Assembly (NCBI GenBank): GCA_964016885.1
Contig: OZ024740.1
Coordinates: forward strand, 284,766,001-284,830,000
Origin: Eledone cirrhosa
Taxonomy: Eukaryota
Length of the DNA stretch: 64,000 nt
Direction: 5' to 3'
Under the pieces are notes generated by a model, which had not been told where the DNA came from, searched no databases, and saw only the letters and a list, made by a program, of their open reading frames with translations. Both the position numbers and the translations under genes were made by a program. Positions 50,206 to 61,589 of the stretch are shown in pieces (position 1 is the first letter of the stretch; every line of letters starts with the position of its first letter).

Positions 50206-51096
50206 TTAATTGTAAGTTGTGATGTTGCTGTTCCACTCATATTTTCTATTTAATTTTGGTTGTAATTCTTTTATGTTTATTGCCTCTGTAATTTGTCTAA
50301 ACATTGCATCTTTTCTGTGTGTAGATTCTATTTTTATTTCTATGTTCTCTAATTTACCCTTGTGTTCTATCTTAGCATGTTGGTAGAGTACAGATGATTC
50401 TTTATTATCTTGAAGGTCTCGCCAGTGTTCATTTATCCGTTCCCCTATACTACGAGCTGTCTCACCTATGTACACTATATTTTTGTTTCTACATTGTCCT
50501 TCAGTACATCTTATGCTATACACTACATTTCTAGTTTTACAGTTAATATGGGGGCTTATTTTACAGGTTATACATTTCTTATCTATACATGAGGGTCTTT
50601 GAAAAGGGTATGTCTTGTTAATAAGTGTTTTTACGGAGGTACCTGGTCTTTCTACTATCTTAATATTGAGTTTATGTTTATTTAGGGCCCTTCTAAATTT
50701 GTAGGCTAGTTCGCCTCTAGGGGTTGTATCGATGAACATTACACTCTGGTATTTATTGCTATCATACCATGAGTTTATTCTATTAGCCTTGTTCCTAGTT
50801 CTTTCTATTCTATTCCAAAATTTGCTCCTATACAAGGGGCAGGTCCCATTTATGTCATTATTTACCATTTTTTCCCATTTGGTTCTGGCTCCTCTATACA
50901 CTCTGATTCTATCTCTCTGATTGTAGCCAGAGAACTGCATACGGTGGATGAAGTGTTGTATGTGTCTCTCTAGTTCTTCGGGGTTGCACATGCGGGACAC
51001 ATTTCTCATCACCCGTACCAAATCCGCAATCAGTATGTTGATTTTGGTATGGTCCGAAATGGCCGAGTTTCGGTGGATCAGATGTTTGGAAGTCAT
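50206..51096 (-). CDS. PLE RT thumb plus GIY-YIG endonuclease (partial ORF)
   Basis: VVY...YIGET.R...R..EH GIY-YIG motifs in a 296-aa open frame, in frame with upstream RT motifs across one TGA (51178-51180). Confidence 0.88.
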   Translation of the reverse strand: MTSKHLIHRNSAISDHTKINILIADLVRVMRNVSRMCNPEELERHIQHFIHRMQFSGYNQRDRIRVYRGARTKWEKMVNNDINGTCPLYRSKFWNRIERTRNKANRINSWYDSNKYQSVMFIDTTPRGELAYKFRRALNKHKLNIKIVERPGTSVKTLINKTYPFQRPSCIDKKCITCKISPHINCKTRNVVYSIRCTEGQCRNKNIVYIGETARSIGERINEHWRDLQDNKESSVLYQHAKIEHKGKLENIEIKIESTHRKDAMFRQITEAINIKELQPKLNRKYEWNSNITTYN

Positions 51097-51260
51097 GGGT
51101 TTGGCATAATGGGAATGGAGGATTTGTTTTTGGTTGTTAATGGTATCTAACCAGAGCTCTGTGTCTAGTACAGGTAATCAATGGTTGGGGTGTCTACTTG
51201 GGTAGTCTATAGTAACTCTAATGCTCTGGTGGATGGAGTTTGCTATTTGCTGGATGCTTT

Positions 51261-52330
51261 CCAAATGGGAAAAAATGGTAAATAATGACATAAATGGGAC
51301 CTGCCCCTTGTATAGGAGCAAATTTTGGAATAGAATAGAAAGAACTAGGAACAAGGCTAATAGAATAAACTCATGGTATGATAGCAATAAATACCAGAGT
51401 GTAATGTTCATCGATACAGCCTACAAATTTAGAAGGGCCCTAAATAAACATAAACTCAATATTAAGATAGTAGAAAGACCAGGTACCTCCGTAAAAACAC
51501 TTATTAACAAGACATACCCTTTTCAAAGACCCTCATGTATAGATAAGAAATGTATAACCTGTAAAATAAGCCCCCATATTAACTGTAAAACTAGAAATGT
51601 AGTGTATAGCATAAGATGTACTGAAGGACAATGTAGAAACAAAAATATAGTGTACATAGGTGAGACAGCTCGTAGTATAGGGGAACGGATAAGTGAACAC
51701 TGGCGAGACCTTCAAGATAATAAAGAATCATCTGTACTCTACCAACATGCTAAGATAGAACACAAGGGTAAATTAGAGAACATAGAAATAAAAATAGAAT
51801 CTACACACAGAAAAGATGCAATGTTTAGACAAATTACAGAGGCAATAAACATAAAAGAATTACAACCAAAATTAAATAGAAAATATGAGTGGAACAGCAA
51901 CATCACAACTTACAATTAAGGACAAAATGAAAACACACACACACATAGAACAAACAACCAACCAATAACATGTAAATAAATAAATAAATAAACAAATAGA
52001 TAAATGAACATAAACACACACAGACACCCGGATGTGGCGCATGCGTAAACTGAGCACACAACACACACACAGAAACAAAATGGCGTAGGACAACAAAGGA
52101 GAGGCACAGAAACAAAGAAAGGAATCCCCAGTCACTGAAGAGGTCACAGAGTGTGTGACGAAAGGACTATGACTATATATAAACAACTATCTGGTTGTGG
52201 AACCAACCAACCAACCAGAAATTTATAAATTTATAAAGTTGTAAATTTATAAATATATAATAAATTGAAGTGAAAGCAACTGGTGCGTGTGTTTCTTATT
52301 GGCAACATGACCCTCCCAAAGTATACAATA
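51261..52330 (+). mobile_element. Inverted pseudo-LTR copy of the same PLE (GIY-YIG domain plus hammerhead)
   Basis: Reverse complement of ~49794-50882 apart from an 18-bp in-frame deletion and a few substitutions. ORF 51221-51919. Confidence 0.93.
52130..52174 (+). ncRNA. Minimal type I hammerhead ribozyme
   Basis: Helix I AGTCA/TGACT, core CTGAAGA(G), helix II GTCACA/TGTGAC, GAAA, 2-bp helix III A-G(GA)C-T, cleavage triplet CUA at 52167-52169. Confidence 0.85.
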
Positions 52331-52483
52331 TATATGTATATGTATATATGTATATGTATATATGTATATATGTATATGTATATAAGTATATATGTATATG
52401 TATATATGTATATGTATATATATGTATATGTATATATGTATATGTATATATATGTATATGTGTATATGTATATGTATATATGT

Positions 52484-52516
<33 letters not shown>

Positions 52517-52938
52517 TATATATGTATATGTATATATGTATATATATATGTATATGTATATATGTATATATGTATATATGTATGTGTATATGTATATATG
52601 TATATGTATATATGTATATGTATATATATATATGTATATGTATATATGTATATATGTATATGTATATAAGTATATATGTATATGTATATATGTATATGTA
52701 TATATATGTATATGTATATATGTATATGTATATATATGTATATGTGTATATGTATATGTATATATGTATATGTATATATGTATATATGTATGTGTATATG
52801 TATATACGTATATGTATATACGTATATGTATATACGTATATATGTATATGTATATATGTATATGTATATATATGTATATATGTATATATGTATATGTATA
52901 TGTATATACGTATATATGTATATGTATATACGTATATA
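52326..52938. repeat. ~610-bp compound (TATATG/TATG/TA)n microsatellite
   Basis: Seen directly; source of the spurious Y/I/M/C-rich ORFs. Confidence 0.95.
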
Positions 52939-53354
52939 AAACTGGTTTGATGATTGTTGACAGGGAGATAGAAGCTCTTGAAAGAGAAATTTGACATGGA
53001 ATGGTGAATGAAAGGGTCCATAATTTTGAGAACAGACGCATAGAGCACAAGAAGATCAAACGGGATGTGCGTAAGCAATGCCCTGGTGTATCTCTCAAAA
53101 CAATCATTGTCTCCATTGAATTGAAGTCCCCTGAGTGTGGAAAAATTTGCTTGAGCAAATCTGGTCTCAGGAGCCACAGTTGCAGCCATGTTCAAAGAGA
53201 ACCAGTGAACTATGATCTCCATGGTATTATGAAGGTTCACAGGCAACCTGATGCAAGACATGAGGCCAGGGAGAGCCATAGTTGTTGTCAATGTGCGAAG
53301 GAGTGCAAGTCTCTAGCAGGCTTGAAAAGCCATATCCAAGCATCAAACATTTGA
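52939..53354 (+). mobile_element. RTE-BovB-like LINE 3' end with two C2H2-like fingers
   Basis: VHNFENRR...KRDVRK...[16 protein letters not shown]...[17 protein letters not shown]. Confidence 0.75.
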
Positions 53355-53414
53355 ATCTGATAAGTGATTGCAATACACTTAGCAGAGTTTGCAGCCACCA
53401 TATATATACAGTAA

Positions 53415-53800
53415 GATCCTTTGTGGTATAAGAAGGTTTTTCGTGCATGGAAGATCACATCATACTCTTCCTTGGAGATTTTGGTTAGTGTCCTGGTATA
53501 GGCAAGTACATTCTTAAGCATAGCTTCAGTGACAGAGGCAAACTAATCCTCCATGTCAAGTTGTAGGAAGCGGGTGGTTCTCTTCTCCAGTAATTCCTGG
53601 AATCAAGTTATAACCACGGATGTTCTGCTCTAAAGGGGGCATAGTGAGGTTTCTCGGAATGCTGGAATAATTCTGTTGAGGATCTTTTTACTAATAGAGT
53701 CTGAAAGGGTTGAAAACAAGCACCTTCCTCTTCGGCAAAGCACTGATTAACTTTTTCAGGTTTCACTTGAAGAGGAAAATCAGGAAAATCAGGGAAGTGC
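53415..53800 (-). mobile_element. Decayed RT fragment of a second Penelope-like family
   Basis: VIT*FQELLEKRTTRFLQLDMED*FASVTEAMLKNVLAY...IFHARKTFLY resembles the PLE pattern VIxWF...FDIxDFYPSI. Confidence 0.65.
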
Positions 53801-54622
53801 TGCCTTCCAACCAAAGGTGAGCATGGCCTGAGTGAATAGGCCCACTCTGAGTGTGCGACAGGGCACTCAGCCTAGAGATCAGGGTACCAGTGATTTTATG
53901 TGTGGGGGAGGGGGGTCCATGAGCAGCCCTATTGAGAAGTTCTCACTGCTAAAATTTGTTATTACCTTTTACATGAAAACTCACACATACACACAATGTT
54001 TTTGTCTTGTGTCGTCCTAATGCTTCCTTAATGTAAACCCTTTGTGGTGAATAAAGAAATCGTTATTATTATTATTTATAGTATCACATCATTAAAACAA
54101 CTTGCTGCAAAGATTTATCTCCCTTAGACATTGCAGCGTCAGACATCGTTGTACTGTGTTTCACCCATTAACACTAATGAAAATGTACAAATACACCAGG
54201 CATATTATTACAGGAAATTACTACAAAAAATATTGATCATGAAAACTCTTTTTGTTCTTTCCTTTTCTATTCTTTATTTTATTTTGTTTTGCTGGACTGC
54301 TGATTACATGCAGCTGACATTCAGATCATTGTGTTTTTTTTTCTGAGTAAACACCTAGCTGTTTTTTTTTGTTTTGTTTTTTGTTTTTAATTGCTTAGTC
54401 AGAGGAGGACGGGTAATGCCCATGACCTTTGCAAGGCCTCCAAGACTGGGGTAGGGGAAGTGTCATAAACCATGAATCATATCTTGTTGCAGTAAGAAGC
54501 AATGTATCATGATATCGAATTATATTCAGACCAGAAAGCTGGTTTGAATGCTTGCAACAGAGTAGATTATGCTAAAGGATATTCAAGGACCAGGTGGTGT
54601 TGACAAATCAAATAACTGATTA

Positions 54623-54804
54623 CCAGGTATACTCGAATATAAGCCTTCCGCAACTCCTCACTATTTTATGTCTGAGAAATAGAGAAAAATCCAAACATTG
54701 TTTATAAACCGAGACAGTATATATTATATATGCCAACCTCCCATTTTACCATTGATTTTTATTTTTGGTCATATATTTCTCGGCTTATATTCAAGTACAT
54801 GCGG
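54623..54804 (-). mobile_element. Tc1/mariner MITE (37529 family)
   Basis: TA|CCAGGTATACTCGAATATAAGCC ... GGCTTATATTCAAGTACATGCGG|TA. Confidence 0.75.
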
Positions 54805-55869
54805 TAGATAGCACACAATAACTGATATTGTCTTTCACTCTGTTTTCGGTTACCAAATTCCACTCATAAGACTTGGTTTGACCCAAGGCTATGGTAGAAG
54901 ATACTTGCCCAAGGTGGCACACAATGGGATTGAATATGGTATCACATGATTGTGAAGCAAGCTGTTTGACCATGTGGCCATGCTTGCACCTATCTGAAAA
55001 TAAGTTTCACTCTTTCTTTTACAGTTGAGTTGTTTTTATTGTTGTTGTTTAGCCTCAGGTCATCCCTCATCAAGCAAACCTTATGACGAAGACCAACCCA
55101 ACCTTTACTATTCCTTCACTTTTCGATATAAATAGAACCCAGGATCACATTATCCAACATGTCCTTTTTGAAGATTTGGCTGCCATTTCAAGCAGGTTGA
55201 GTACTATGTAGAGACTCCTTTATTGGCTAGTCACAATTGAGTTGTTAGTTGTGAAAAGGGCATTCACCTGTTCAAACAATTGCTTTAATAATTTCTTACC
55301 ACACAAAGCAGCCTCGAAAGAATGATGTAAAAAAACAATAATACAAAATTCAACTTGTCATCTGAGGACATGAAATCCAAATTGAAAAAAAACTTTCACA
55401 TATTACAATACATTGATGTTTCTCAATTTAACTTCACCAATATAGTTTTTTTTTTAGTTTATTTCTTATTTAGTCAGTTAAAGGTACCCAAAAGCCAGCC
55501 ATTAGTGTCAAACCAAGCGATAGATTAAGTCTGTCACCCATGTAGGCTGTGACAGGATTTAAATTCTAAACACAAAGAGCCAGAACAAATACTGTAAGGC
55601 ACCCTGACCAATGCTCCAATAATTCTGCCAGTCCACTGTCTTTGATTATTTCATTATTTATCAAATTCAGAAAGATAAAAGGCAAAGTGGACCTCATCAA
55701 ATTTTGAATTCAGAACACAGAGCTAGAATAAATACTGCAAAGGATTGTATCCAACACTGCTTCTGACAATTTTCTCACCTCCCAAACTTCTGAGAGTTGA
55801 AGTAGTTTAAACTGAGATCAACAGCATTTATCCTTCTTCAATTTAGTAAACTGTAAGGCTAGGACTTTA

Positions 55870-56487
55870 TTTATCATCATTACCATCATCATCATCATCA
55901 TCGTTTCACGTCTTCTACGCTATCACGGGTTAGACGGGTTTGTCCCACTTGTGGCAAGATTGGTCACGTGACCATGTCTTGCTCGTTTGGAACTGTTTCT
56001 GGCTGGTTTTCTATGGCTGGATGCCCTTCCTAACATCAACCATATTTACAGTGTGTGCTGGGTGCTTTTTGTTGTGACACCTACATGACCACTTTACAGT
56101 GTGGACTGGATGTTCTGTGATACCAACATAACTTTACAGAGAAAGGGTGGTGTGGGCAGAAGTGGGAGGATGGAGTAGTGGGTGTGGGTGTATGTTGGGT
56201 TAAAAGATGCCTACTGACTAGATTTAAGTTTGTACGTAAGGGAAGGCAGGTTTTCTATATTACTACATAGCACCAAAGATCTCAATCCAGTGACATTGTC
56301 TTAGAGAGGTGTAAGTGTGCAAGGTCAGTTTTTATTACCTCATCCCAGGTTTTTCAGGGTCTACCTACTCCATAGCTTCCATCAATTTTGATCGCCCTGC
56401 ACTTTTTTATACAACTGTCGTCCTTCATACGCATCACATGACCAGGCCAACGTAATCTCCTTTCAAGTAAACTGCATCTGATCCCTC
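55870..56487 (-). mobile_element. Older 3' fragment of the RTE-PHD LINE family
   Basis: Collinear with 10167-10790 but more diverged; (ATC)n tail. Confidence 0.9.
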
Positions 56488-56747
56488 TTATTCTGTGGAA
56501 ATGCTCAGCCACTTACATGTTAATTTCACAGTTCTGTTGATTGAAACAACTGGAGTACTCATTGTCAGAAACAATGGAGGTCCAGCATAATAATTAATGT
56601 CAAATACAAAAACTGATGTATTATAAATGTTGTTTGTTTTTATATTGGACATAAACACAAAATACACATACACATGCACATGTGCACACATTCATGCAAA
56701 TATGTATACACACATTTATGTAAATACACACAAACACACACACGCAG

Positions 56748-56922
56748 TAGGGTTGACTGAAAATTTCATAGGCTGACCAAATTAGGTTTATTTTTCAACA
56801 TAGTCTCTGGAAAGAAACAGTGCAGTTATTAATAAGAAGAGTTGAAATTAATGCATGCAAGATTTCACAGCTCTAGCATCATTCCTTCATAGTCAGCCTA
56901 TGAACTTTTCAGCCAACCTTTG
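56748..56922 (-). mobile_element. mariner-type MITE
   Basis: Reverse complement of 47048-47245 with an internal deletion; TIRs retained. Confidence 0.85.
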
Positions 56923-57259
56923 TATGTATTTATCATCTTGAATTTGTACACAGCATACTTCTACTAAATAATGTAACAGTTTAGATGTTTAACGGTTAAT
57001 CTTATTTAATACTGTCAGTAATATACATTGAGAGAGTGCAAGATTATGTTGCACACCTAAAAAATTCATAAAATAAGAATTTAGAGATTAGCTATTGCCA
57101 AGTAAGTTAAGTGGTGATGTACCAAATGATATACAGAAAAAAATTTCAATTAATTGAATTTCGTTTTTTGTTGGAGAAACAAAAGAAAATCTTAGTAATA
57201 GTTTGCAACTCCAAGAAAAAAAAGGATAACTTCAAAAGATCAATTTACATGTTTAAGGA

Positions 57260-57306
57260 ACTTCTAGGGATGTGTTTCAGTCTTGTTAGACCTCATCAGT
57301 AGAAGT
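57260..57306 (-). ncRNA. Decayed type I hammerhead ribozyme-like motif
   Basis: Reverse complement: ACTTCTA-CTGATGA-GGTCT-AACA-AGACT-GAAA-CACATCCC-TAGAAGT (7-bp helix I, 5-bp helix II, imperfect helix III and cleavage site). Confidence 0.65.
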
Positions 57307-57457
57307 GTTTATATATAAAAGAAGAGTTACAAATATTTTTGACCAATGCTGCAATCTCCAATACAACTCAAACTGTGCATATGAATTAATTATGTGAAAT
57401 TCATTCTTAATTTCTTGAAATTATTTCCTCTTTTTATTGTGAGTTACAAACAATTAT

Positions 57458-57715
57458 TGGAGCCCCTAGCAGTTGAGACTTCCAGTGTCCTTGACCGTAG
57501 GGCTACCTCCCTATTTACCACCATAGGCGCTGAGCTGATGAGCCGCAGGTGTGAGCCTCACGAGATGGAATGGCTCTTCCAGCGCATTTCCCTTACCATC
57601 CTCCAGGGAAACGTCTTCTCCATTCTGTCTGCCAGGGCCGTGGGGCAACCAGCTTGTAGAACCCCATTTGCTCATAACAGAGAGAGATGGAGGTAATGAC
57701 AGTGGGAGTTCGGAC
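57458..57715 (+). mobile_element. CRE-like RLE 3' fragment
   Basis: EPLAVETSSV...IGAEL...EMEWLFQRISLTILQGNVFSILSA; 3' UTR similar to 26800-26890. Confidence 0.75.
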
Positions 57716-59479
57716 CTGGTGTACATGTATTTGCATGCTTACTGTCTTATCATATAGACCTATTCATTCTACAGTTAAGAATTTCTTTAGACATTCCCTG
57801 ACCTACACACACATGCCGTCATACATGTACACAAACTGACAATATAAACTACTATTGCTGGGGTTTTTTTTTCTTTTTCCAAGAGTGAAATTTTAAATGA
57901 GAGCTATTTGTGTACATCTTTCAGCATATTATCCCTTAACTTTTGTATCTATATTTATTCCACTGGTCTATTTGAGTTATCTCCCATAGCTCATTGAGAC
58001 TTAAGTCTCATTACCAGGAACACAACATAGTTTTGATGACAAAATATAAATTCTTGTTTGTTTAAGAAGCAGCAGCCTCACAGACCTGTATCAGTTGTGA
58101 TTCCCATTAGTTTCCATAGCAGTAATCAATGCAAAATAAATCTCTGGATGGAGGACGGATCTGTCATAAGTAGCTACCACATTACAAAGGAAAGAACCAA
58201 GGCTTAAATCTTCTCGTCGGTATCATGTATCATGTGATCATAGCATCACTGAATATAGGTGAAAATAGACAGTTATGGAAATGGGTTTTAAGAACTAGGC
58301 AGATGCTAAAATTCGTGAGGCTGACACTCTAAGAGCTTATAAAAAATATCAAACTGGAAAGGAAGAGAATGTAGTCTCACTGCATTCCCCCACCCCCTCA
58401 CCCCCATTTCCAACACTGAAAATAGGTACTATGACCATATCAATGATCATTTTTCTGACCAGAATTATTATAGAATTCAATCTTAATTTTCAGGTATAAT
58501 ATATTTACACCTTGTCATGTACATTTACTCCTGGTTGGAAATAACTGATTCATATATTAAATTAATTTTGAAAACAATTTAGAATTTACTAAAATTTAGT
58601 TAAATGATTAATTCATTAAACTGGTGTTTGGAACATTACTTAACAAAAGGTTTTACATCAAATATTGATAAACGGTTTTAATTCAAATATGAAAGCTTTA
58701 AAATATGAATTTTGTATAACACCAAAGTCAGGTCTCAGATGATTTGTTATTAAAAGTGTTTTTTCCATGCCCTTAGAAAGAGGAAAAAAAGCTTTTCACA
58801 GTATATGTCAAGCTTAAACTTAGACTATACATATAATAAACAGTAAATATAAAATGAAGAGCAGTCAGATAAAACACAACTTCCCAGCAAAGATATTCAA
58901 TACTCATATACAAAACATTTGTGAACTTTGCTGGATTCTATAAGAATAAAAGAAAATTCATATTTTTTATTTCTGTATAATTAGTAGAATGAACTCTTCA
59001 AGTGCTGGATGAAACTGTGTTAAATATAATCTTTCAGTTGGTAATCTGAAGAAGGAAAAATATTGCTTTTAGAATAAAACTTGACAAAAGAAAAATATTT
59101 TAGATGCCAATGAAAATGTTTAATAAAAAAATTGTGTAGATTTAGAGCTGATCTATTGTGTGTATAACAAAACTTACAAAGCATACTAGTAGTTTAAATA
59201 CATAGGTGTACAGATGTGTACTGCAATATATTTCTTCGTTTTTATAAGTTCATCTCTGTTTTCTATAAAATCAAACAGAAAAATGTTTTCAGTGGTCATA
59301 TAATTCCATTGGACTGAAATCTTTATCTGTCAGCAAATTAAAAGAAATTACACAGATATATAAATATAGACCCTTAACTCCTGATAGATTCATAGGGATG
59401 TCATAATCTTGGGTATTAAAACCTGATGGAGCCCATTCTTCTCCAGTTTTGAACACAGCCAAACTTTTCCAGAGAATGA

Positions 59480-59640
59480 ATTGACCTCAGTACTGGACAA
59501 GTACTTATTTTATTGACCTCAAAAAGATGAAAGACAAAGTTGAGTAGGCAGGATTTGAACTCAGAGCACTGAGAGTTGAAATAAATACTTCAACGCATTT
59601 TATTTGATGTTCTCTCAATGACTCTTCCAATTTACTGCCT
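59480..59640 (-). mobile_element. SINE (43084 family) whose 5' head abuts the minisatellite
   Basis: ACTTATTTTATTGACC...GATGAAAGACAAAGTTGA...GGATTTGAACTCAGA...CTTCCAATTTACTGCC. Confidence 0.7.
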
Positions 59641-61186
59641 ACAGAAATATCTATTCTATCTGACTTTCTAACAATGACTTCTAATTCACAGCCTACAGAT
59701 ATATCTATTCTATCTGACTTTCTAACAATGACTTTTAATTCACAGCCTACAGATTTATCTATCATATCTGACATTTTAACAATGACTTTTCCAGTTCACA
59801 GCCTACAGATATATCTATTCTATGACATTCTAACAATGACTTCCAATTCACAGCCTACAGATATATCTATTCTATCTCACATTCTAACAACTCTTCCAAT
59901 TCACAGCCTACAGATATATCTATTCTATGACATTCTAACAATGACTTCCAATTCACAGCCTACAGATATATCTATTCTATCCAACATTCTAACAACTCTT
60001 CCAATTCACAGCCTACAGATATATCTATTCTATCTCACATTCTAACAACTCTTCCAATTCACAGCCTACAGATATATCTATTCTATGACATTCTAACAAT
60101 GACTTCCAATTCACAGCCTACAGATATATCTATTCTATGACATTCTAACAATGACTTCCAATTCACAGCCTACAGATATATCTATTCTATCTCACATTCT
60201 AACAATGACTTCCAATTCACAGCCTACAGATATATCTATTCTATCCAACATTCTAACAACTCTTCCAATTCACAGCCTACAGATATATCTATTCTATCTC
60301 ACATTCTAACAACTCTTCCAATTCACAGCCTACAGATATATCTATTCTATGACATTCTAACAATGACTTCCAATTCACAGCCTACAGATATATCTATTCT
60401 ATGACATTCTAACAATGACTTCCAATTCACAGCCTACAGATATATCTATTCTATCTCACATTCTAACAATGACTTCCAATTCACAGCCTACAGATATATC
60501 TATTCTATCCAACATTCTAACAACTCTTCCAATTCACAGCCTACAGATATATCTATTCTATCTCACATTCTAACAACTCTTCCAATTCACAGCCTACAGA
60601 TATATCTATTCTATGACATTCTAACAATGACTTCTAATTCACAGCCTACAGATATATCTATTCTATCTCACATTCTAACAATGACTTCCAATTCACATCC
60701 TACAGATATATCTATTCTATGACATTCTAACAATGACTTCTAATTCATTGCCTACAGATATATCTATTCTATCCAACATTCTAACAACTCTTCCAATTCA
60801 CATCCTACAGATATATCTATTCTATGACATTCTAACAATGACTTCTAATTCACATCCTACAGATATATCTATTCTATCTCACATTCTAACAATGACTTCT
60901 AATTCACAGCCTACAGATATATCTATTCTATCGCACATTCTAACAATGACTTCTAATTTACATCCTACAGATATATCTATTCTATCTCACATTCTAACAA
61001 TGACTTCTAATTTACATCCTACAGATATATCTATTCTATCTCACATTCTAACAATGACTTCTAATTCACATCCTACAGATGTATCTATTCTATCTGACAT
61101 TCTAATGATTCTTCCAGTTCACTACCTTCAGATATATCTATTCTACCTGACATTCTAACGACTCTTTCAATTCACAGATATATCTA
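59618..61186. repeat. Minisatellite, 52-54-bp unit (~29 copies), with a 264-bp higher-order repeat
   Basis: Unit TCCAATTCACAGCCTACAGATATATCTATTCTATCTCACATTCTAACAATGACT. The CCAAC variant recurs at 59981, 60245, 60509 and 60773. Confidence 0.95.
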
Positions 61187-61589
61187 TCGGAATTGAAAAT
61201 CTCATATGAAATAAATGACAGAGTACTGAAAACATATTGGTGTACACACAAACATACACACATTTACAAATATTTCTTATATTTTGCAATGTTAACTAGC
61301 ATGAGAGGTAGAGCAAAAATGGAATGAGAGATCAATCAGGTGCATTAAATATAAAAACTATTAGGTACAGGCACATTTGTTGCATTGGTAAAGACAAGTG
61401 ATTCAAACAAACAGATAATACTTACTGGGTGTAAGAGATATGAATATGATGGAAAACCTGCAACCTTGTAATATCTTCAACTTCTTATATACTGAGTCTC
61501 ACATTCAACAGTGTATTAACTCTATATTTGTTTTCCTTCTTCTTCTTCTCCTACTTATTCCTGAGAGGGTCGTTGGGGGGGGGGGGGAG

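Larger units (their letters stand above)
49738..51260 (-). mobile_element. 5'-truncated Penelope-like element (RT C-terminus, GIY-YIG endonuclease, pseudo-LTR)
   Basis: IANSIHQSIRVTIDYP...*LPVLD (end of PLE RT), thumb, Cys linker CIDKKCITC, NVVYSIRC...YIGETARSIGERINEH...RQITEA; hammerhead downstream of the ORF. Confidence 0.92.

Noticed and set aside
51178-51180. In-frame TGA in the PLE RT as selenocysteine (reported for some Naiad PLEs)
   Set aside because: The position corresponds to the K/R before LPxLD, not a Cys. The endonuclease is C-terminal here and I recognised no SECIS. A nonsense mutation is simpler.
52247-53291. Long Y/I/H/T/M/C-rich ORFs (up to 331 aa), and similar ones at 63442-63653
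   Set aside because: Translations of TA/TATATG microsatellites that lack stop codons.
53120-53345. Host C2H2 zinc-finger gene exon
   Set aside because: No TGEKP linkers, and it follows the typical RTE-BovB C-terminal pattern, so it is LINE-derived.
59288-59480. Possible host exon in non-repetitive sequence
   Set aside because: Short open frames on both strands with no recognisable protein and no clear donor/acceptor pair.
59618-61186. Regular repeats as a CRISPR array or a repeat protein (TMTSNSQPTDISILSHIL)n
   Set aside because: Units are contiguous with no unique spacers and no cas genes; the 52- and 53-bp variants break the reading frame.
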